The position numbers and the translations under genes were made by a program. DNA of 64,000 nucleotides from a virus. Below are positions 10,179 to 20,433 of the stretch, piece after piece. Each line of letters begins with the position of its first letter. Within the stretch, counting starts at the first letter, position 1. Below the pieces are notes generated by a model, which did no database searches, had not been told where the DNA came from, and saw nothing but the letters and a program-made list of their open reading frames with translations. The stretch covers positions 32,001-96,000 of the IMG/VR virus record IMGVR_UViG_3300045971_000528; one strand, given 5' to 3'.

Positions 10179-10902
10179 TGATCAGCTCGGCCTTCAGGGC
10201 GCGGTAGGCGGTGTCGACTTCACCAAGCTGAGTAACGAAGTCGCCATTGAGGGATGCAGCAGAGGTGCTGAAGTTGTCATCAGTCACCTGCATCCAGTTT
10301 TCCCAGCGTGGTGAGTGAACGATCTTCTCGATCTCGCCAATTTGAACACCAACCTTGAGCAGCTCTTCAGTGAAGTCGCCGCTGTCGTCGTAGTCCTTGG
10401 CTTCAGTCAGACGACCTTCAGCAACCTTGCCACGAACGGTGACAGTGCGACCGTTCTCGTCCTGAATGGTGTGGCTGTCGCCAGAGGAACGGATGATCTT
10501 CTTGGCACGAGTGACTGTGGTCTTGCCGCCAACAGTGCTCACGATGTTCTTGCCTTCATCGCCTTGATCAGCGGCGCCAGCCATCGCTTCATCTACGTCG
10601 CGATGTGCTTCACCTGCTTCATCGGCCATCAAGTCGACTTCAATGTGCGTCATGTGCTTTTCAACGAGACGCTTGAAATCTTCGAAGGCATTCGCTAGTA
10701 CATGAGAACTCATGGGACCTGCGAAATGTTCGATTGAGCCACCAACCCCAAGGGCGTCTTCGAGATCAGCTAGACTGTCATTGACGTAGTCAAGGACGGC
10801 ATGAAACTGGTGTGATGAGACGCCTTCCTGAATGGCTGGAGCTTGCTCCTGCACTTGAGCCGGGCGGAGGGAAGAGAGTTCTTGCAGACGTGAAAGGGAC
10901 AT
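10165..10902 (-). CDS. acidic putative virion/internal protein
   Basis: MSLSRLQELSSL start; TAAATAA motif about 25 nt upstream. Confidence 0.6.
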   Translation of the reverse strand: MSLSRLQELSSLRPAQVQEQAPAIQEGVSSHQFHAVLDYVNDSLADLEDALGVGGSIEHFAGPMSSHVLANAFEDFKRLVEKHMTHIEVDLMADEAGEAHRDVDEAMAGAADQGDEGKNIVSTVGGKTTVTRAKKIIRSSGDSHTIQDENGRTVTVRGKVAEGRLTEAKDYDDSGDFTEELLKVGVQIGEIEKIVHSPRWENWMQVTDDNFSTSAASLNGDFVTQLGEVDTAYRALKAELINAGS

Positions 10903-10947
10903 GAGAGTCTCCGGATGTTCGTAGCTTATTTATCGTTCCGGACAGCA

Positions 10948-10969
10948 GAATGGGCCCGAAGGCCCATTC
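10948..10969 (-). terminator. hairpin terminator
   Basis: GAATGGGCC-TTCG-GGCCCATTC. Confidence 0.65.
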
Positions 10970-11017
10970 ATTTTGCGCGCGCTATCTTGAAGCTAATGCT
11001 ATAAATCGGCGGCGGAG

Positions 11018-11482
11018 TTATGGTGTTGGTTCTTCTTCAGGCGGAAGATCGGTAGGAGCTCCATCCAGGTCTTCGTCTGGCGGTGTTTCGTCTTCTGGTG
11101 CAGGTTCAGCCGGCTCATCGAAGGCGCCTGTGTCCTGCTGCATGCCGGTTCCCCAAGCCTGATGCAGGTCGTCGACCGCATTAAACAGCGTCTCGATAGC
11201 AGAGTGCACTGCATCAAGAGCACCCATATCTCCGCCAGCCTTGACACCAATGTGGTGCAGCTTGTGTGCCTGACCTGTAGCACCTGGTGCATGCTTGAAG
11301 ATGGACTCGATTTCCTCGAGCTTGTTGCGGGCCTGGTCGATCTTGTCGTAGAAGCGAACGATCTCCGCACGCGACAAAACGGGGTGCGGCTTTGGGCCCA
11401 TCCCGTATTCGTCTTGATCTTCAGTGATCGGAGTGGCTGATTCGTGCAGGCTCAGCAGACCCGAGAGGGTTGTGAAGGACAT
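11018..11482 (-). CDS. acidic hypothetical protein (late)
   Basis: TAAATAG at 11505-11511; Pro/Glu-rich tail. Confidence 0.65.
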   Translation of the reverse strand: MSFTTLSGLLSLHESATPITEDQDEYGMGPKPHPVLSRAEIVRFYDKIDQARNKLEEIESIFKHAPGATGQAHKLHHIGVKAGGDMGALDAVHSAIETLFNAVDDLHQAWGTGMQQDTGAFDEPAEPAPEDETPPDEDLDGAPTDLPPEEEPTP

Positions 11483-11508
11483 AGGAACTCCATGTTGGAT
11501 GCTCCTAT

Positions 11509-12177
11509 TTATGCCCGGTTCCGCTCATATTGCAGCTCGTCCAGCCATGCCATGAACTCCCGATAGACCTCGATTGCTGGCTTCGGCGGCTCGAAATCCT
11601 GCAGTTCGACGATCCCGATGTTCAGCAACCGCGTCCAGTTGGTGCCACGACTCGGCATCAGGTGGTAGGCCTCGATCGTGAGGGCGTACATGTCGGCCCA
11701 CTTGATGATGTCACGGGTTGTGGAATCCGGTTCTGACAGGCCGAGGGATTGCCAGATGGTTTCCATCATGCGCTGCTCGATAGCACCGTATGCCTCCTTC
11801 ATTCCCGGTAGCTGCTTCAGCGGGGTGGGTAGGTCGAGCAAGTAGGCCTCGCTGCCATCATGCACATGCGAATGAAGAAGGACGGTACCGGTGATGTAGT
11901 GCGCAACCTCACCGTGGAAGTGGGTTTCGTTGTAGAAGCTCTGCCGAAGACCTGTCTCTTTGGGATCCTTCAAGCGCTGAACGATCTTGGCGACTGCTGT
12001 GGAGTGTTGTCCTACCGTGTAGGGCAGGGTGGTCATGGTGTGACCTGCATACCGAGGCATGCGACTGAGTGCCCACCCCATGTCACGATGGTCGATCTGC
12101 TCCACCTTCGGATCGAGGAGGTCGATATAGAGACCACTCACGGTCTCGATGCAGTTGGTTCCAACTGGTGTGTTCAT
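11509..12177 (-). CDS. HD-domain phosphohydrolase (YfbR/YfdR-like 5'-deoxynucleotidase)
   Basis: R Y A G H...Y TVGQHS and HDGSEAYLLDLPTPLK motifs. Confidence 0.85.
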   Translation of the reverse strand: MNTPVGTNCIETVSGLYIDLLDPKVEQIDHRDMGWALSRMPRYAGHTMTTLPYTVGQHSTAVAKIVQRLKDPKETGLRQSFYNETHFHGEVAHYITGTVLLHSHVHDGSEAYLLDLPTPLKQLPGMKEAYGAIEQRMMETIWQSLGLSEPDSTTRDIIKWADMYALTIEAYHLMPSRGTNWTRLLNIGIVELQDFEPPKPAIEVYREFMAWLDELQYERNRA

Positions 12178-12713
12178 GCCGTTCTCTTGGTTGTGGCGAC
12201 TAGACGAATGTCTCCCTTGCCGCCGTAAAGCCGATGCCGGCTGTAGAGCTCCCCATCATCCCAGTAGACAGGACAGCGAATGCTCAGGTTCTTGAAATCA
12301 TGGGCCCAAATAGTGAAGAAGTCTCTTCGAACGAAACTCTCCCACAGGGCTTTCGAGTGCTTCGTGTGGGTCTTGCCTGATGCGACCAACATGCCATCAT
12401 CATTGATGACCGCGCGGTAGAGATCCTTGGCCAATCCCTGCCCACGAAATGCAGGGAAGATCCAGAGCTGCTCGACTTCCCATGCAGTCCAGCCGGGTCG
12501 CTGCTTGAGCATGAGCCAAGCCATCGGCCTTGGGCCTTTGGATGTCTCTCGGAAGATGGCGTAGTAGACTCGAAACCCAAGCCCGCAGCAAGGTAGCTGC
12601 ACCACTCCACGTTTCCCAACAAACCGATTGGGTCCTTGCTGGTGGCGACGCGTGATGATCTTGTAGGTCCATTCCCAGTATGGACGCGTGATGCTCTGCT
12701 CGAGAATCTGCAC
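12174..12713 (-). CDS. GNAT acetyltransferase
   Basis: WIFPAFRGQGLAKDLY acetyl-CoA motif A. Confidence 0.75.
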   Translation of the reverse strand: MQILEQSITRPYWEWTYKIITRRHQQGPNRFVGKRGVVQLPCCGLGFRVYYAIFRETSKGPRPMAWLMLKQRPGWTAWEVEQLWIFPAFRGQGLAKDLYRAVINDDGMLVASGKTHTKHSKALWESFVRRDFFTIWAHDFKNLSIRCPVYWDDGELYSRHRLYGGKGDIRLVATTKRTA

Positions 12714-12717
12714 TAGC

Positions 12718-12927
12718 TCACCACTTGTTGATGGGGCAGGAAGCTTCGAGCAGCTTCGTCTTCAGATCGAGGAAGCAACCGCAGAGGTCGCATTGGTGTG
12801 TCATTTTGCGATAGTGCGGACATGCTTGGCAGACCTTGACACGTTCGCCCGCCAGTTCACCATCAGCCATGGGTGGCAGCTCGCCCTTCATAAGCTTGCG
12901 TGCGATGTCTTTGAGGGTCAAACTCAT
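12718..12927 (-). CDS. small Cys-rich putative Zn-binding protein
   Basis: CxxC...CxxCGC...CP..KW. Confidence 0.7.
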   Translation of the reverse strand: MSLTLKDIARKLMKGELPPMADGELAGERVKVCQACPHYRKMTHQCDLCGCFLDLKTKLLEASCPINKW

Positions 12928-13337
12928 GAGCGCCTCTTGTTGCTGGAGAGGAGAGCTTGGAGCTCGTCCTCAGACACGTACACATCGTTGCCTTTGTTGT
13001 AGGCAGGCGCCACATTGAACTTCCGCTCGCGTGCAGCCAGTTCGCGAGCCAGCATCTCAGGATCCTCGGCGTACTGGAGCTCAGGTCGAGCCACAGTTTT
13101 GGTGCCACCGTGGCGGATGTACTTCGCTGCATGGTGTGGATGCAGACCTTCGCACCTGTCTGTGAGCATGCGGGGCGGGTTGCTCTTCGGCTTGATGGCC
13201 GTGATTGACGTCTGCCGAATGCCGCTCGACATGGTGCTCACAGACTGTAGCCATGCATTGTATTCGGCTTCAAGCTTCTGCCATCCCGGCTTGCGCTTCT
13301 GCTTGCCTGGTCGAGTGTGTATACGAAGTAGTCCCAT
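12924..13337 (-). CDS. conserved phage hypothetical protein
   Basis: C-terminal VAPAYNKG motif. Confidence 0.65.
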   Translation of the reverse strand: MGLLRIHTRPGKQKRKPGWQKLEAEYNAWLQSVSTMSSGIRQTSITAIKPKSNPPRMLTDRCEGLHPHHAAKYIRHGGTKTVARPELQYAEDPEMLARELAARERKFNVAPAYNKGNDVYVSEDELQALLSSNKRRS

Positions 13338-13374
13338 GATGCCATTGTATCACGACAATGGGTCGGAGCGACCT

Positions 13375-14079
13375 CTACTTGCGACGTTTGTAGAGGATGA
13401 GCGCCAACCCAGCGACCAGCAGCGACAGCGTTGATGGTTCAGGAATGCTGGGTACGACAACTGGAATGTAGATGGGCGGCGATGGCTGCCACACAGGCCA
13501 TCTGTTTGGATAGTCAGGCTCTTGCGGCACGATGCTGTTGGTCTGTGGCAAGGGGGCTGGCGGCACCATTGGAGTATCGGGCGGGGTCGTAGCACCGCCA
13601 CCTGGTATTTTGTCGCCAGTTCCTGGTGGAACCCCGGCACCACCACCACCACCACCACCCTTTGATTCTGGTTTCGGTTCAGGCTTTGGCGCCACGCGCG
13701 TGATTTGGCTGAGGTTTCCGCAGATAGTGGGGACAATTACACAATACCCGTCGCTGCAATAGACCATACCACGTTCGAGAGCATCCGGCTTCCACTTGTC
13801 GCGAGTAACGGTAGCGCACATCTGGTTTCGTCCAAAGTGCATCCCACGCAGATCAGTGTACTCGTGCTTGCCCTTGATTTCAGTCTTCGTAATGTCAACG
13901 ACTTCATCGAACTTGCGCTTTGCAATCCGCTGTTGCAGCCGATCGCGAGTCTCTTGTGGGATGTCGGTGTAGTGCTGCACTGCAGACGGCACATCACCCT
14001 GAAACCGGTTCGCCCCTGGATTGTCCCAAGAGCATGACGGGGTTGAGATGATAGCGGCGAGAGCGAGGGCACTGAGCAT
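13375..14079 (-). CDS. MHFG-family PEP-CTERM sorted protein
   Basis: Signal peptide, CSWDNPG, GMHFG motif, C-terminal IPEPSTLSLLVAGLALILYKRRK. Confidence 0.9.
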   Translation of the reverse strand: MLSALALAAIISTPSCSWDNPGANRFQGDVPSAVQHYTDIPQETRDRLQQRIAKRKFDEVVDITKTEIKGKHEYTDLRGMHFGRNQMCATVTRDKWKPDALERGMVYCSDGYCVIVPTICGNLSQITRVAPKPEPKPESKGGGGGGGAGVPPGTGDKIPGGGATTPPDTPMVPPAPLPQTNSIVPQEPDYPNRWPVWQPSPPIYIPVVVPSIPEPSTLSLLVAGLALILYKRRK

Positions 14080-14395
14080 GCCCTATTTATGGCTCAGCGC
14101 ATGTCGTGCCCAGGCTGATTCACGTGTACCGTGTAGTTGTTTTCCGACAACCACGTTCCATCGACCTCTTCAGCATCGATGCAAGGCACCACAGACTTCC
14201 CCGTTTTGTTCTTGAGGATCCTATGGTCGGTCAGATCGTAGATCCAACTTGCCTCAAATGTCAGCCGCTGTGGAAGCGCGGCACCATTATCGAACCTCGG
14301 CCGAGGAAGGATGACATCGTACTCGATCCCGCCAAGACGCCGACCCACTACGTGATAGTAGTGGGTCTTTACACGCACCCTGACGAGTTCGCGGG

Positions 14396-14665
14396 TCACG
14401 CCTCGACTTGTTCAGGCTGAGCAGCCTTGCCGGCACCACGGAGAATGCGCTTGCCGGCGGTCTTCTCGGCCTTGCCGCCAGACGACTCGTGCTCCGCCTT
14501 AATCATCTCGGCGATGCGCTTCAGCACTTCGGGATTGTCCCGATAGCCCCACTTCTTGCCATGGGACGGCGTGGTGCGAGCCGGACCCTTCTCACCGTTC
14601 TTGTGCATCAAAGTAATGCTGCGAGCCTTGGCGAGGTTCCGGGCGTTCTTGCTGTTGCGGGACAT
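14396..14665 (-). CDS. small basic hypothetical protein
   Basis: GGAG RBS; TACAAT -10 upstream. Confidence 0.65.
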   Translation of the reverse strand: MSRNSKNARNLAKARSITLMHKNGEKGPARTTPSHGKKWGYRDNPEVLKRIAEMIKAEHESSGGKAEKTAGKRILRGAGKAAQPEQVEA

Positions 14666-14709
14666 GTGGTCTCCAGTTGAATAGATCTATTGTAAGTCGA
14701 GAGCCGGGT

Positions 14710-15816
14710 TTAGCAGGCTCTTTCGTCAGGTTGCAGCATCGAGATCAGAGCACCGATGCGGGCTTGTTCGATGCCCTCACCGATTTCCTTGCCGCTCATG
14801 CCATCGGCCACGAACACGGGTGCCAGTTGAGAAGCCAGCGGTTGCGCGAGGCTGAAGCCACCCACCATTTCGCGGGCAGTGAATGTCTGCGCTGTGCCCA
14901 ACTTCGCCGCGCCGTAGCTGATCAGCGTGAACAGCTCCAGGCGCTTTTCATTCTGCCAGCCGATGCGCCGCAGCAATGCACTCAAATCGCGGGCGGTATG
15001 ATTGGCTGTGCGGTTCTGGCTGATGAACTGCGCAAATGCCCAACCTTCGCTACCGCCGACCTGCATCGAGAACGCTTGATCACTTTGCGCGATGGCTGTG
15101 AACGCCAGCACACGTTCGTCCTTGTTGAAGTTCTGGCGAACCCAACCAGCAACATCGGCGAGTCGCAAGGTGTTCATGCCGCGGAAGAAGCTGACGTGCT
15201 GGGTAACCTTCAGCTCATGCAGCATCTTGAAGAAGCGCATGCAGCCCTTGACCGTGCACGTCTTCAGCACCTTGACAATCTCGGCAGCGAAGCGCTCCCA
15301 CGGCAGCTCATTCAGCTCGCCGCGTGCGACCATTTCCTGCGCGAATAACAGCGTGACGTCAGCGACCGTGAAATCCTCGAAGCGACCGTAGAAGCGAGCC
15401 AAACGAACGACGCGCAATGGGTCTTCCTTGAAGGCACTCGACACATGGCGTAGGATGCGCTTGTTGATGTCGTTGATGCCGTCGAACGGGTCGATGAACT
15501 CGCTGGTCTCTTCGTCCATGGCGATCGCATTGATCGTCAAGTCACGACGGCCCAGGTCGTCGGCCAGCGTGACATCTTCGTCGTAGTGCACCGCGAAACC
15601 GTGGTAGCCGGCCCCCGTCTTGCGCTCCGTGCGAGCGAGAGCGTATTCTTCACCCGTCGTGGGATGCAGGAAGACAGGGAAATCGGCACCGACTTGTTCG
15701 TAGCCCATGGCCAGCATCTCTTGCGGGGATGCACCAACGACTACATAGTCACGGTCCTGGATGGAGTTGCCCATCAACAGGTCACGAACTGCGCCACCAA
15801 CGAGGTATTGTTTCAT
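14710..15816 (-). CDS. cca: tRNA nucleotidyltransferase (CCA-adding enzyme, class II)
   Basis: YLVGGAVRD, DRD, EYALARTERK, RRDLTINA, EDPLRVVR motifs. Confidence 0.95.
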   Translation of the reverse strand: MKQYLVGGAVRDLLMGNSIQDRDYVVVGASPQEMLAMGYEQVGADFPVFLHPTTGEEYALARTERKTGAGYHGFAVHYDEDVTLADDLGRRDLTINAIAMDEETSEFIDPFDGINDINKRILRHVSSAFKEDPLRVVRLARFYGRFEDFTVADVTLLFAQEMVARGELNELPWERFAAEIVKVLKTCTVKGCMRFFKMLHELKVTQHVSFFRGMNTLRLADVAGWVRQNFNKDERVLAFTAIAQSDQAFSMQVGGSEGWAFAQFISQNRTANHTARDLSALLRRIGWQNEKRLELFTLISYGAAKLGTAQTFTAREMVGGFSLAQPLASQLAPVFVADGMSGKEIGEGIEQARIGALISMLQPDERAC

Positions 15817-16031
15817 GGTGCTATTCTATCACAGCGGGTAGGAATGTACACTACGAAAGTGTTACCGCGGCCGATGGATCTGTTCGTGGGTTTCGATTTT
15901 GTGGCACTTACGGCAGATGTGCCGCTCAGACCAGAAGCGGTAACCAGACCGCAGGTCTTGATCCTCGACGGTGTCAAGGTACCGCCACTGGTGATTGCAC
16001 CAGAGCATGCTTTTGATCCAAGCTAGGATGT

Positions 16032-16433
16032 TCATGCCCAGTCCAGCAACATGCCCACGTCTAGTTCGAGAACGATGGCATGTCGATCTTGAAGGGTGAT
16101 GTCAGCCCAGTCCAAACAGGCGGGGTCGATCGCGCCGTCCTTCATGAGCATGTTCAGCGAGATGCGGAGGTTGGTGTCGGTGATGGCATGACCGTGAATC
16201 TCGGAGTCGTAGCCTTCCAGCCGAAGCTGCGCGACTGCATGAATGTCGCTTGGGCTGTCGTCATCATCAGCCTGCATGGACACACCGACCCCGGTGATCT
16301 TGCAGTAGCGGGGGAATTCAGACTTGCCGTGCTTGCCGTTGCCATCTTCACCAAACATGAAGATGGTCTTGCCGAGCATGGCACGTTCAAGCAGGATCCT
16401 GCAGTCCTGGCGAAGTTCTTCAAGAATTGTCAT
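16032..16433 (-). CDS. hypothetical protein
   Basis: 133-aa ORF. Confidence 0.65.
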   Translation of the reverse strand: MTILEELRQDCRILLERAMLGKTIFMFGEDGNGKHGKSEFPRYCKITGVGVSMQADDDDSPSDIHAVAQLRLEGYDSEIHGHAITDTNLRISLNMLMKDGAIDPACLDWADITLQDRHAIVLELDVGMLLDWA

Positions 16434-16830
16434 TGAGTTGGCGCTGCAGATCGCGCTTCAGGTTCTGGCGGTTGAAGTCCTTCGGCCCACGCATACGACC
16501 GCCCTTAGCAGCAAGCAACACATCGTTGAGCTGCTTGGCGCGGGGTTTGGGGATATGAATGGTGAAGGTGGTCTTTTGCATGATGAATCATTATACATCG
16601 GGTACGTGCACATGTACACCGTCAAGATGTAACCTCAACTGTTAGATCCCACATAGCGTTTTCGATGTCGAGATCGGCCGCCAGGATCTTACAGCCCGGA
16701 GATTGCTGCTGCGCTTGCGCCACCATCCACTGCCGTTCGTCAGGCAGAACACCAAGCGCCGTACCCATGATGGCATGGTCGGCGATGATGTCCTCTTGCT
16801 CAGGACTACATGGAACTCGAATGGTCGTCA

Positions 16831-17784
16831 TCACTCTATCTCGTCAAATGAGGTGGCGCCCTCAGCCCTCTTGGCTGGTGGGGTATCGATGACAAGAGGT
16901 TCAACCTCCCAGAATTGCGTTTCGGTGGCTTGATAGAACTTCCATGTGCCAAGCTCAACGCACGTCATGCGCTCCCAACCAGTAGCATCCGTGTCGTACG
17001 AGCCGTAGGCGCATGTGTCGATGTTCGTCTGCCCGATGATGGTGAGTGGGCGCTGCACGATCGTGTGACCACTGATGATGTGACTCAACTTGTCGTTGAA
17101 CATCTTCGGCTTGTTGCCATTGAGGTAGACCGTACGTTTGATCTTCTCGACGTTGGACAGGTTGGCCTTGTAGAAGTTATAGAAGAGGAAGCGGCCCCAC
17201 ACAATGTGGTCGCCGTCTCGGGTCTGTACATTGTTCAGCGCAAGCACCTTGGCTGGGTCAGCAAGGATCTCATCAGTCACCTCATGTCCAGGTGGGAACT
17301 CGGCGTGGATCACGTGGAACTTCTTGCCATCAGGTCGTTCGATGGTGATGAGGAGCGGAAGCTCCTCAACAAGCGGGAACAATTCAAACAAGGCCTTGCT
17401 GTCTGCTTCAATGACCGGACGCTTCGATTCGTCTGTGATGAAGCTAGTGCGGTGCTGCCAATCCTTGTAGGCCTGAATGCCCCATGCCCCGCCATTCTGA
17501 ACCCAGAACTGGCCCATGTACCCGCCATTGAATGCCTCGAGCATCATCTGCTCGTGGTTGGCAAGCACACAGTGGAACCACGACTCGTTCAACAGCTGAA
17601 GACAGCGAAGACTGTCAGGCCCGCGATCTACCAGATCGGCAACGCTGACGAGACGATCCTTGGTAGGATCAAACCTAACGCCAGCCAGCAGATTCACCAA
17701 GACCGATAAGGATCCGTGAATGTCCCCAACCACGAAGTCTCTGCCTTCATGGTTGGGTGGTAGGGTCTTGATTGGATTTCGCAT
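16831..17784 (-). CDS. metallophosphoesterase (NinI/PphA-like Ser/Thr phosphatase)
   Basis: GDIHG, DLVDRG, NHE, HA, GHT motifs. Confidence 0.9.
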   Translation of the reverse strand: MRNPIKTLPPNHEGRDFVVGDIHGSLSVLVNLLAGVRFDPTKDRLVSVADLVDRGPDSLRCLQLLNESWFHCVLANHEQMMLEAFNGGYMGQFWVQNGGAWGIQAYKDWQHRTSFITDESKRPVIEADSKALFELFPLVEELPLLITIERPDGKKFHVIHAEFPPGHEVTDEILADPAKVLALNNVQTRDGDHIVWGRFLFYNFYKANLSNVEKIKRTVYLNGNKPKMFNDKLSHIISGHTIVQRPLTIIGQTNIDTCAYGSYDTDATGWERMTCVELGTWKFYQATETQFWEVEPLVIDTPPAKRAEGATSFDEIE

Positions 17785-17995
17785 TCGATACTGCCAAAGG
17801 TGAGGAGTTGTATTTACACCCTCAACCCCTCGACAATATCGTGCAGTTGGTCAGGATGGTCGATGAGGTATTGTTTGATCGCGTAGAGGACACACTGGTC
17901 CAGCCCGCCGATTTGACCGTTGCAGCGGTCATTGGCGTTCTGGACAACAGTGAGAACCTCCTCGCCCGTGATTGGGTATTCGAGGAGGTTACGCA

Positions 17996-18808
17996 TCATG
18001 CCAGCTTGAAGACGTCGCGGAAGGCGACCTTGACGATGCGGCCCGACAGATTGACCATCACGTCGGCAACGACACGGAAGAACTCGGTCAGCAGGTCACC
18101 GAAGATGAGGCTGAGAGCGTAGGCCGGCCACAGGAACGTCCAAGCACCCACGTGTTCGGTCAGTTCACCGCGGTTGATCTTCGGCTCCACGCTCAGCTTG
18201 TCTGCACCGAGAACCGTGCCGATGATGCGGTCTTCTTGACATTGAGCGCGGAAGCAAGAATTGGTGATGAAGGACTTGATGGCATCGACTGCAGTCTGGA
18301 AGGCACCCCATTCGGCACCCCGTTCACGAGCTTCGCGGATCAGATCGGCGTGGGAGATGTCAACCCGGCCTTCATTGTCCTTGAAGCGAACGGATTCGGT
18401 CGTCTTCAGCCAGTCAGACCATAGACCAGCCAAATGGCGAGCAGAGCGGCGGATGGTGAGACCGAACTCGAGACACGAGTAGACCAAGCCAAGGCCGAGG
18501 TAGGCAGCCAGCGGCGCCCAGAACGACCAGTTGCGAACGACTTCCCACAGCACGACGCGGTCTTGCGCCTTCGTGATCACCGTAGCAGCATCCTTGCCGG
18601 TACCCATCACGGCATCAACGTGCGCAGGACCAATGAAGGTGAACTCCGGCCAGTAGTACCAAGCCAGTGCCACAAGGCCGACACCGATAAGGTACCACTT
18701 TGGTTCCTCATTGGTCGTACGTCGGTCGAATGCCGTGGCAACGATGAGCGCCAGGAAAAACGCGCTGATGAGCGCCAGTTCGAGAAGGCCAAGACCCAGG
18801 AAAATCAT
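17996..18808 (-). CDS. membrane protein
   Basis: Several hydrophobic helices. Confidence 0.7.
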   Translation of the reverse strand: MIFLGLGLLELALISAFFLALIVATAFDRRTTNEEPKWYLIGVGLVALAWYYWPEFTFIGPAHVDAVMGTGKDAATVITKAQDRVVLWEVVRNWSFWAPLAAYLGLGLVYSCLEFGLTIRRSARHLAGLWSDWLKTTESVRFKDNEGRVDISHADLIREARERGAEWGAFQTAVDAIKSFITNSCFRAQCQEDRIIGTVLGADKLSVEPKINRGELTEHVGAWTFLWPAYALSLIFGDLLTEFFRVVADVMVNLSGRIVKVAFRDVFKLA

Positions 18809-19144
18809 GGAGTTGCTCCAGTTGTTGAGAGTTTATTCTAACACTCTCAACTGTTGGAGCGACCTGGTATCAGGTCCGGTAGTGCATCCTCGACAAGCGG
18901 AAGATGCGTGCCGCCAGGCGTTGGTTCGCCATCATCTGCACAGTCCAGGCCGTCTGCTTGAACTTCTCGTAGTCCTCACGACTGAAGCCGAGGGTGCAGA
19001 AGTTGCCGTAGTCGTCGACTGCGTTCAGGCGGACCTGTGCAGTCGGCAGTTCGATCTCGCAGCAGGGGCAGGGACCGGGATTTGGCTCACGTGGTTGGTC
19101 CGTCAGCCAATACTTGTTGGTGTGTTCCCAATCAAAGATGCGAA

Positions 19145-19585
19145 TCATGCCAACCCCTTGTCGAAAAGACAACCACCGTGCAAGCAGGCAACGCCCGCCG
19201 CTTCATTGTGTAGCGCCTCAACCCGCATGCATCCCTTCTTGCAGGGGTGCACCTTCGGCTTGCGATCTTCGCGCTTGCGCAGGAGAACCACATCACTGAC
19301 CTTGTAGCAGAGGATGGCAAGCTGGTCGTAGTAGTCCATCGTCATGTCGATGATGGCGCTGATCTGATCGTTCGTGGCCATGATGCGCACTGGGATCATG
19401 CGCTCGATGAAGAGCTCACCGTCCGGTGCCACCCACTGTCCCTTGGCGGGGGTGAGGATGGTGAGGCCGCCAGAAATCATGCGAACCTTGGCATCCCAAA
19501 CCCGGTGGTAGCGGGTCGTATAGGGCTTACCGCCGATGCGACGAACTGTCGGCACCAGAATTTCCCACATGTATGGTGTGTTCAT
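19145..19585 (-). CDS. hypothetical protein
   Basis: 146-aa ORF with ATGA coupling. Confidence 0.65.
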   Translation of the reverse strand: MNTPYMWEILVPTVRRIGGKPYTTRYHRVWDAKVRMISGGLTILTPAKGQWVAPDGELFIERMIPVRIMATNDQISAIIDMTMDYYDQLAILCYKVSDVVLLRKREDRKPKVHPCKKGCMRVEALHNEAAGVACLHGGCLFDKGLA

Positions 19586-20043
19586 CTCAGTTTGAGTTCC
19601 GCGTATGCTTCATCTTCGTTGATGTCGAGGTCCATGGAGAAGCTTCTGGCCAAAGCCTGCATCTTCTTGTTGGTCCGCAGGCAGGACACGAAGATCAACT
19701 CCGTGCCATCTGCTCGGCAGTCAGCGATGATCTGCGCCATGAGCATCTTGCCCAGCCCCTGTGTACGGTGCGCTTCATCTACGGTGAATGCGGCCTCAAC
19801 ACTCTTGCGGCCACTAACGTTGATGTGGCATGCAACAGCCATGGCTGCAAGCTGGCCTTCATGGAAGATGCCATAGGCGGTGTCTGTCTCGAAATTGAGG
19901 ATGGTGTCGATGTAGTTCTCGACGCCCCAGTCGCTGAGGGTAGTGCAGAACCGCATGTGACGGTCTTCTGGGCTCAGGCGAAGGTAGTGTTTTGTGATAG
20001 CCGGACGGTCTTCTACCGTCAGCATTTTGAGTGTGTGCGTCAT
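19582..20043 (-). CDS. GNAT acetyltransferase
   Basis: AFTVDEAHRTQGLGKMLM and N..M..LA motifs. Confidence 0.85.
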   Translation of the reverse strand: MTHTLKMLTVEDRPAITKHYLRLSPEDRHMRFCTTLSDWGVENYIDTILNFETDTAYGIFHEGQLAAMAVACHINVSGRKSVEAAFTVDEAHRTQGLGKMLMAQIIADCRADGTELIFVSCLRTNKKMQALARSFSMDLDINEDEAYAELKLR

Positions 20044-20059
20044 GATGTGTGATGTGTAG

Positions 20060-20134
20060 TGGTCTCTCTGGCAGGAATCGGACCTGCGTCTCAGGCTTAG
20101 GAGGCCCGCGTATTCTCCACTATACGACAGAGAG
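20060..20134 (-). tRNA. tRNA-Arg(CCT)
   Basis: Cloverleaf; CGGGC-CTCCTAA-GCCTG; CCA end. Confidence 0.85.
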
Positions 20135-20433
20135 TGTGTCCTATTTACTCACCCACGAGAATCAGATTGAGACAGCCGTCATCGTCGGCAACTACCAGGC
20201 TGCCGAACTTCCACGTTCTGCCACCAGACCATTCGCCAGTGCGGTCAGTCAGATCGAGCTTCAATCGCTGTTCCGAGCCCAGTTCGCGTAGCTCCTTGAC
20301 GGTGCCCTTGGATGGCATGAAGGCGGTCACAAGTAGATCGCCTTTGTGCGCGATCGTGGTGATGCGACTCGCGTGAAGCATGATGCGTATGAAGTCCATG
20401 GTTGTATTGTATCACAACCATGGACCAAGAATG

